This document shows, one piece after another, positions 58,485-64,000 of a DNA stretch of 64,000 nucleotides. The translations under genes and the position numbers were made by a program. The stretch is from contig JBGPQV010000005.1 in assembly GCA_041489255.1 (NCBI GenBank), forward strand, positions 78,460 to 142,459. Direction: 5' to 3'. The stretch comes from Thermoplasmata archaeon (GTDB taxonomy: Archaea; Thermoplasmatota; Thermoplasmata; RBG-16-68-12; JAFNFQ01). The notes below the pieces were generated by a model that was not told the DNA's origin, ran no database searches, and was given only the letters and a program-made list of their open reading frames with translations. Numbering within the stretch: the stretch's first letter is position 1; each line of letters begins with the position of its first letter.

Positions 58485-59654
58485 ATGGTTTCCGAAGATA
58501 AGCCGTCAAAGAGGAAGTTGGACGAGCCTGCCGAGGGCGGGGATGGGCTGTCATGCCGTGAATGCGGAGCGAAAATCGAGACTGTGACGAAGTACTGCCC
58601 AAGGTGTGGGAGGCTCCTGAAGACGGACAAAGAGGAACCGAGTGAGCCGAGGAACATCAAGAGGTCGCTGCTCTTCCTGGGGCGAGATGTCGGCGTCGCC
58701 GTCTTGATCGTGCTGATTGTGCTTGGCGCGATATTCGCATACACGAGGGTCTGGCCGCCGATGGTCGTTGTCGAGAGCAGCAGCATGCAGCATCGCAACG
58801 ACGTCAGCTACGTAGGCGTGATCGACACGGGAGACTTGGTCCTCGTGCAGGCAGCGCCCCTGAGGTCTGACGTGACAACATGGGTCGAGGGCAAGGCGAC
58901 CGGCCACATGACCTACAGCAACTACGGCGACGTGATAATCTTCAACAGGGAGAACGACCCGACGCCGGTGATTCACCGTGCGATTTTCTGGATGAACTAC
59001 AACGCCACGCGAATGGCCTTCGACATACCAGACCTGGCGAAGCTCCCCTTGAACGTCCTATGGGGTGGGTTCTACGCGGACGGCTCCGCGGTGAGATCCC
59101 CTGACGGACTGAACGGAACCATCTGGCTGGCACAGTCAGGGTGGCGGGGCGACATGAATATGACCTTCAACCTCAGGACGAGCTTCCTGAACACTCCCGA
59201 ACACCGCCACGACGGTTACGTGACGCTTGGAGATAACAACGGGGGCACGTATGACAGAACACCTGTCCTTCAGAAGGATGTAATCGGCAAGGCTAGGGGC
59301 GAACTGCCTTGGTTTGGGCTCCTCAAGCTGACCTTGGCCCCCTCGCCGACCTCTTGCTGTCACGGATGGGGTGACTTGAGTGCACCCAAGAACAGCTGGG
59401 ACTCGCTCTTGTTTGCGCTTCTCCTGATAATCCTCTCTCCGATACTGATCGACATATCGACCACCCTGCTCGCCAAGAAGAAGAAGGCGGGAGCTGAAGA
59501 GGGCGCAGAAGAGGAGGAGGGAGAGAAGCCGATTTCATCCGACGCCAAGAAACGGAAGACCGGGGACGACGAAGTGAAAACGGATTCGCCCGATGAAGTC
59601 GCCCAAGAAGATTGCGTGAAGGCCGACTTCGAGGGTGGCGGTAAGGAGAAGTAG
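58485..59654 (+). CDS. Signal peptidase I (S26, Sec11 type) with N-terminal Zn ribbon
   Basis: VVESSSMQH, DTGDLV, VIHRA, TLGDNN, IGKA; N-terminal CREC...CPRCG. Confidence 0.9.
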   Translation: MVSEDKPSKRKLDEPAEGGDGLSCRECGAKIETVTKYCPRCGRLLKTDKEEPSEPRNIKRSLLFLGRDVGVAVLIVLIVLGAIFAYTRVWPPMVVVESSSMQHRNDVSYVGVIDTGDLVLVQAAPLRSDVTTWVEGKATGHMTYSNYGDVIIFNRENDPTPVIHRAIFWMNYNATRMAFDIPDLAKLPLNVLWGGFYADGSAVRSPDGLNGTIWLAQSGWRGDMNMTFNLRTSFLNTPEHRHDGYVTLGDNNGGTYDRTPVLQKDVIGKARGELPWFGLLKLTLAPSPTSCCHGWGDLSAPKNSWDSLLFALLLIILSPILIDISTTLLAKKKKAGAEEGAEEEEGEKPISSDAKKRKTGDDEVKTDSPDEVAQEDCVKADFEGGGKEK

Positions 59655-59665
59655 CCGCCGGCCGG

Positions 59666-60898
59666 TCAATCCAGCGTCGTCTGGAGCCTGATCCTATAGC
59701 CCTTAAGCCCCGCCAGGAATTCGTCCCTCTCGAGGATTCTCAGCACATCCATTGCCGGGACGCTCGCTTCGATTTCCTTGGTCCTCCCGCCGCGCCCGAA
59801 CGACTTCACCCGCGCATGGACCAAGCCGAGCATGTCGAGCTCGGAGATCAGGTCGGTGACGCGCCTCCCCGTGAGCCTGGGCAGGCCCGCCCTCCCGCAA
59901 AGGTCGCAGTAGGTCGTGTAGACCTCGCCCGTCGTCAGCTTGGGGTTGCCAGCTTCCTCGTTGAGCAGCAGCCCCAGGAGTATGACCTTGCTCTGCGTCG
60001 GGAGGGATTTCACCGCCTCCACGACCGTGTCCAGGTCGATCTTGTTCCTGGCCGTCTGGACATGCTGCTCGGTGATCGTGCTGGAGCCAGACCTATCGGC
60101 GAGCTCCGCCGCGACCCTGAGCAGGTCGAGCGCCCTCCTGGCGTCTCCGTGCTCCTGCGCGGCCAGCGCGGCGATCAGGGATATGACGGAGTCGCTGGCG
60201 ACCCCGTTGTCGAACGCTAGCTTGGTTCTCTGCTCCAAGATGTCCTTGAGTTCGTCCGCGTTATACGGCGGGAAAACCATCTTCTCGTCGCTCAGCCTGC
60301 TCCGCACTCGCGGGTCGAGGGACTCCGTGAACTTCAGGTCGTTGCTGATCCCGATGATGCTGACCTTCGCGTTCTTTGTGTCGTCGTTTATCTTCAGGAT
60401 CTGGTAGAGGAAGTCGTCGCCGCTCTTGTAGACTATCTTGTCTATCTCGTCGAGGGCGATTATGACGACGCGCTTCTTCTCGTCCAGCTTCTCCACGAGC
60501 ATGCTGTAGACGCGGTCCGTCGAGAGGCCCGTGAACGGGATGCGCTGGTCGAGATTCTCGATGAACCTGTTGCCGACGCTCTGCAGGACGCCGTACGCCG
60601 TGTCCACCAACTCGCAGTTCATGTACAGGAAATCCGCGGCGCCGGCCGCGTCCGCCTTCTTGAACTCCTGCTCGATGTACTTGACCACGGCGGTCTTGCC
60701 GGTCCCGGTCTTTCCGAAGATGAGGACGTTTGAAGGCTGCTGGTGCCTCAGGGCGGGGACCAGCACCTGCGCTAGCTGGTCTATCTGATGCTGCCGGTGT
60801 GGCAACTTGCCCGGGATGTACGACGGCCTGAGGATCTCCCGGTCCATCCTGAACGTCGGATGGGTACGAAGATATGGCTGGAAGACGCTTTCTTCCAT
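59666..60898 (-). CDS. cdc6: Orc1/Cdc6 replication initiation protein
   Basis: LPHR, GKTGTGKT, LDEID, FPPYNA, GDARRALDLLR, ELDMLG, GRGGRT. Confidence 0.98.
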   Translation of the reverse strand: MEESVFQPYLRTHPTFRMDREILRPSYIPGKLPHRQHQIDQLAQVLVPALRHQQPSNVLIFGKTGTGKTAVVKYIEQEFKKADAAGAADFLYMNCELVDTAYGVLQSVGNRFIENLDQRIPFTGLSTDRVYSMLVEKLDEKKRVVIIALDEIDKIVYKSGDDFLYQILKINDDTKNAKVSIIGISNDLKFTESLDPRVRSRLSDEKMVFPPYNADELKDILEQRTKLAFDNGVASDSVISLIAALAAQEHGDARRALDLLRVAAELADRSGSSTITEQHVQTARNKIDLDTVVEAVKSLPTQSKVILLGLLLNEEAGNPKLTTGEVYTTYCDLCGRAGLPRLTGRRVTDLISELDMLGLVHARVKSFGRGGRTKEIEASVPAMDVLRILERDEFLAGLKGYRIRLQTTLD

Positions 60899-61081
60899 CT
60901 CTTTCTCCCCCTGAGAAGCCGAAAGGGCTACCTCTCCTTCATTTGGACATGGTAAATAGAGAGAGGCGAGCCGCGGTATCGAGGGGTCTATACTAATAGC
61001 TTTCTCACGACGCGTGGAGAATGCAAGAATCTGAAAGGTAGGGCATTATTATATTGCGCGATGAATTGAATTGGGATGGAA

Positions 61082-61855
61082 TTAGACCCGCACCCATGTG
61101 TTCAAGACCATCACGAAAATGAACCCAAAGACTATGGAGACAGTGACCCACGCGCTGGACGAACGGTGCTGCAGCTCCGGGATGAGGTCGGCAGCCGAAA
61201 CGAAGATGAACGTCCCCGCAGACAGCCCGAGGCCGAACGGGATCATCCATGCGCCAGCCCCCAGGAACGCGTAGCCCACAACGATGCCTATCGGAGTGTC
61301 GAGGGCAGTGATGAGGACGAAGAGGGCGATCCTGCTCCTCTTGTAGCCGGCTGTCAAAGCGATCGTGGCCGCCGAGAAGGAATCTGGTATCTGGTGAAGG
61401 GCGACCGCGAGGGTGATTATCAAACCCACCTCCGCACCCCCCGAGAAACCAATCGGAATGACGAAACCGTCAACGATTCCGTGTATCGTGAGGGCGCTCA
61501 CCGCAAGAGTCCCCAGAGGAGCGATCTCTCTGCCATTCTCCATGTGGACGCGCGAACGCTTCCTCTCGTTGACGAGCATGTGTCTTTCGACGGCGAAAAG
61601 AAGAAACAACCCGACAGCCACGCCCCCCGAAACGTACATCGATGAGACGCCGACCTCCTTCGCATGGTCGAAAGCTTCCGGCAGTATGTCGATGAACGTG
61701 ATACCACCGAGGAGACCCGCAGAGAAACCAAGCATCAGGTGCATGGTGTCCTCGCTCAGGCGCCCCTTCAGGAACGGGACGAACAACATGACCATGGGGG
61801 CAACGAACGTCACGAGGCCCCAGAATGCGAGGACGTAAGGGTCAGGCAGAGCCAT
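61082..61855 (-). CDS. ZIP family metal transporter
   Basis: GFSAG, DILPEA, IHGIVDG, LHQIPD, AGTFIFVSAADLIPE. Confidence 0.92.
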   Translation of the reverse strand: MALPDPYVLAFWGLVTFVAPMVMLFVPFLKGRLSEDTMHLMLGFSAGLLGGITFIDILPEAFDHAKEVGVSSMYVSGGVAVGLFLLFAVERHMLVNERKRSRVHMENGREIAPLGTLAVSALTIHGIVDGFVIPIGFSGGAEVGLIITLAVALHQIPDSFSAATIALTAGYKRSRIALFVLITALDTPIGIVVGYAFLGAGAWMIPFGLGLSAGTFIFVSAADLIPELQHRSSSAWVTVSIVFGFIFVMVLNTWVRV

Positions 61856-61950
61856 GTCCGGGCTCGCAGTGGCCCTCGGCCTTATTTACATCTTCCGATT
61901 TGTTTAATAAGAATCAAATACGGGTTGGCGGTTGATTAATAACGGTCAGC

Positions 61951-62343
61951 ATGCCGATAATAAGCTTGTCAGTGGGCGACCCGATTCTGAAGAAGTTTGA
62001 GGAGGCGATGAAGAGGCGCGGCTATTCCTCCAGGTCCGAGGCTTTCAGGGAGGCGATGAAGGACTTCGTCGACACGGAGGAGTGGAGCCTGCCCTCCGGG
62101 AGAAATGCCTTGATCTTAGCTGTGCTCTACGACAGGGATGAACCGAAGGTGCAGCTCTCCCGCCTCCGCCACAACTACGAGGAGATCAGGACGATGCTCC
62201 ACACTCACCTAGACGAGGTCAATTGTCTGGAGGTTTTCATCGCGGAGGGCGTGAACTCCCGCCTCAAGGAGATAATACACGCCGTCCGTGGAATCCGCGG
62301 CATCAAGCAGATAAAGTTCATCAACACGGTCTCGGAGGTCTAG
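61951..62343 (+). CDS. NikR family ribbon-helix-helix metalloregulator
   Basis: IISLS...GYSSRSEAFREA; metal site RH...HTHL...CLE. Confidence 0.88.
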   Translation: MPIISLSVGDPILKKFEEAMKRRGYSSRSEAFREAMKDFVDTEEWSLPSGRNALILAVLYDRDEPKVQLSRLRHNYEEIRTMLHTHLDEVNCLEVFIAEGVNSRLKEIIHAVRGIRGIKQIKFINTVSEV

Positions 62344-62353
62344 GAGGCGGACC

Positions 62354-62890
62354 TTGAAGACGAGCGAAAAGCTTGCGGTGTTCCGTTACCCGAAGACGCG
62401 CTTCATCTCGCGCAGCGTCGTCATCGCCATGGTGATATTCTTCACGGTCCTGATGTTCCGCGCGTTGTCCACAGAGTTGCTGCTCTGGTTCGTCCTGTTG
62501 ATCGTTCTACTGTCTACGCTCTTCGCCGTCTATGGCATCTCGCCGATGTTCACGACTCATTGGCTGACGCGCAGCCGCCTCATCCTCAGACAGGGAATCT
62601 ACTTCAAGTGCGTCATACCGCTGAGGGAGATCGAGAAGGTCGAGGCGTACGACGCGGAGATGAGGATCGGGCTCGCCCTCTCCTGGCGATCGTCAATCCT
62701 GTTCGTCACGAGCAGCAGGTTCGAGCTTGTCGAGGTCAAGCTAAAAAAGCCGAGGAGGTTCTGGCAGGTGCTCGGCTTCGCCGCGAGCAGGATAGTGTTC
62801 AACGTCGAGAGGCGAGGGGCGCTGCTCTCGCTGATAGAGGAGAGGATGGACTCACTCGCGCCAGTCAAGGCCAATCGTCCTGATGCCTAG
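62354..62890 (+). CDS. Membrane protein with bacterial PH-like domain
   Basis: Two TM helices, then LILRQG...IPLREIEKV. AGGAGG RBS and TTG start. Confidence 0.7.
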   Translation: MKTSEKLAVFRYPKTRFISRSVVIAMVIFFTVLMFRALSTELLLWFVLLIVLLSTLFAVYGISPMFTTHWLTRSRLILRQGIYFKCVIPLREIEKVEAYDAEMRIGLALSWRSSILFVTSSRFELVEVKLKKPRRFWQVLGFAASRIVFNVERRGALLSLIEERMDSLAPVKANRPDA

Positions 62891-63661
62891 CTTGGGAATC
62901 AGCGGCAATTTCCTCTTGTGAACGCTTCGAGCGACAAGCTGCTCCACCTTGGCTATCTTCTTCGGAGCCAGCCCGGTCTTCCGCGCGATGTCTGCCTTGT
63001 CGAGCTGGAGTTCCAGGCCGAGGAGGATGCGGTCCAGCTCATCATAGGAGATGCCGAGTTCGCCCTCGTCGGTCTGCCCCTTCCAGAGACCGGCGGTCGG
63101 GACCTTCTCGATGATCCGCTTCGGCAGCTTCAGGAACTTGGCCATATCCCTGACCTGGGCCTTGTAGAGATCGCCGAGCGGCATGAAGTCGGCACCGCCA
63201 TCCCCGAACTTGGTCGTGTACCCGGTCAGGAGCTCGCTTTTGTTGCCAGTCCCGATCACGAGCCTATCCTCGGCCGCGGCGGCATTGTAGAGGACGACCA
63301 TTCGGACTCTGGCCTTGATGTTCCCGATGGCGCTTCTCTGACTCGGCTTGAGACCGAGGCCTTTGCGGAAAGAATCCACCATCGGCGTGATGTCGATTTC
63401 CTCCACTGACATATGTAAGGTTCTTGCCCAGTTTTTTACATCTGTAATGTCGCCGGGGTCGGTGACATCTTCGTTGAGCATGAGGCCCAAGACTTTGGCG
63501 GGACCGACTGCGTCAGCGCAGAGCTTCGCGACCAGGGAAGAGTCGAGCCCGCCGCTCATCCCGAGAACGAACCCCTTCCTTCCGCTCTCCTCCAGATGAT
63601 GTGAGAGGAAGACCTCTATCGCCTTGACGTGCTCTTCCCTGAACTTCGGCCTGAGGTTCAC
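62852..63661 (-). CDS. nadE: NH3-dependent NAD+ synthetase
   Basis: SGGLDSS, GNIKARVRM, GTGNKSE, TKFGDG, PTAGLWKGQTDEGELG, HKR. Confidence 0.97.
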   Translation of the reverse strand: MNLRPKFREEHVKAIEVFLSHHLEESGRKGFVLGMSGGLDSSLVAKLCADAVGPAKVLGLMLNEDVTDPGDITDVKNWARTLHMSVEEIDITPMVDSFRKGLGLKPSQRSAIGNIKARVRMVVLYNAAAAEDRLVIGTGNKSELLTGYTTKFGDGGADFMPLGDLYKAQVRDMAKFLKLPKRIIEKVPTAGLWKGQTDEGELGISYDELDRILLGLELQLDKADIARKTGLAPKKIAKVEQLVARSVHKRKLPLIPKLGIRTIGLDWRE

Positions 63662-63748
63662 GGCTCGTTATCTCCGGCCAGTAGTAAATGTTTGCCGAGG
63701 GTTTGGCGCAACCCTCAATAACCACCACATCATAGGCAATCCGACCCC

Positions 63749-64000
63749 ATGAAACCGGAGCCTTTGGTTAGAGCGGTCGCGGCTGAGAAGGTCTACGAAT
63801 CCGGGCCTTTGAGCGTCCGCGCCCTCCAGGGAATAAACTTGGAGATACTCCCCGGCGAGATGGTCGCGATAATGGGGCCTTCCGGGTGCGGCAAGACGAC
63901 GCTCCTGAACTGCTTCTCAGGCCTGGATGAGCTCACGTCGGGCGAGGTCTATGTCGATGGCAAACCGCTCAGCTCCATGACCGACAAGCAGAAGACGGAA
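63749..64000 (+). CDS. ABC transporter ATP-binding protein, LolD/MacB-like (partial, runs off window end)
   Basis: Manual translation MKPEPLVRAVAAEKVY...AIMGPSGCGKTTLLNCFSGLD. Confidence 0.92.
   Translation, partial: MKPEPLVRAVAAEKVYESGPLSVRALQGINLEILPGEMVAIMGPSGCGKTTLLNCFSGLDELTSGEVYVDGKPLSSMTDKQKTE

Overview
GC-rich archaeal chromosomal DNA, most likely Thermoplasmatota. This is inferred from TFB, Gar1, PolD DP1, Orc1/Cdc6, a homodimer-type tRNA splicing endonuclease, type II GAPDH and a CoaD-YjjX fusion. Left part: a partial etfB, an 11-gene operon for a membrane-bound group 4 [NiFe]-hydrogenase with three Mrp-type antiporter modules and a maturation protease, a CDF transporter, a DOMON/EB_dh heme protein convergent with ccmF, a decayed region at about 20.1-21.3 kb with surface-protein gene fragments and a hairpin-dense element, then carAB and a panE-like/2-hydroxyacyl-CoA dehydratase/activase/AOR cluster. 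Right part: mostly housekeeping genes (truA, trmJ, gap, gar1, tfb, endA, DP1, signal peptidase, cdc6, nadE) plus a giant peptide-binding protein and a giant pilin-adhesin. The strongest unexplained signal lies between a DUF2116 gene and gar1-tfb. Four copies of a 19-20 bp palindrome (TTGTGGATA-CT-TATCCACAA, built from bacterial DnaA-box-like half sites) sit on a lattice of about 90 bp and bracket a 78-aa basic ORF resembling the N-terminal DNA-binding domain of SSV1-type integrases. No tRNA, rRNA, CRISPR array or intact transposase was recognised. All calls come from reading motifs by eye; no database search was run.
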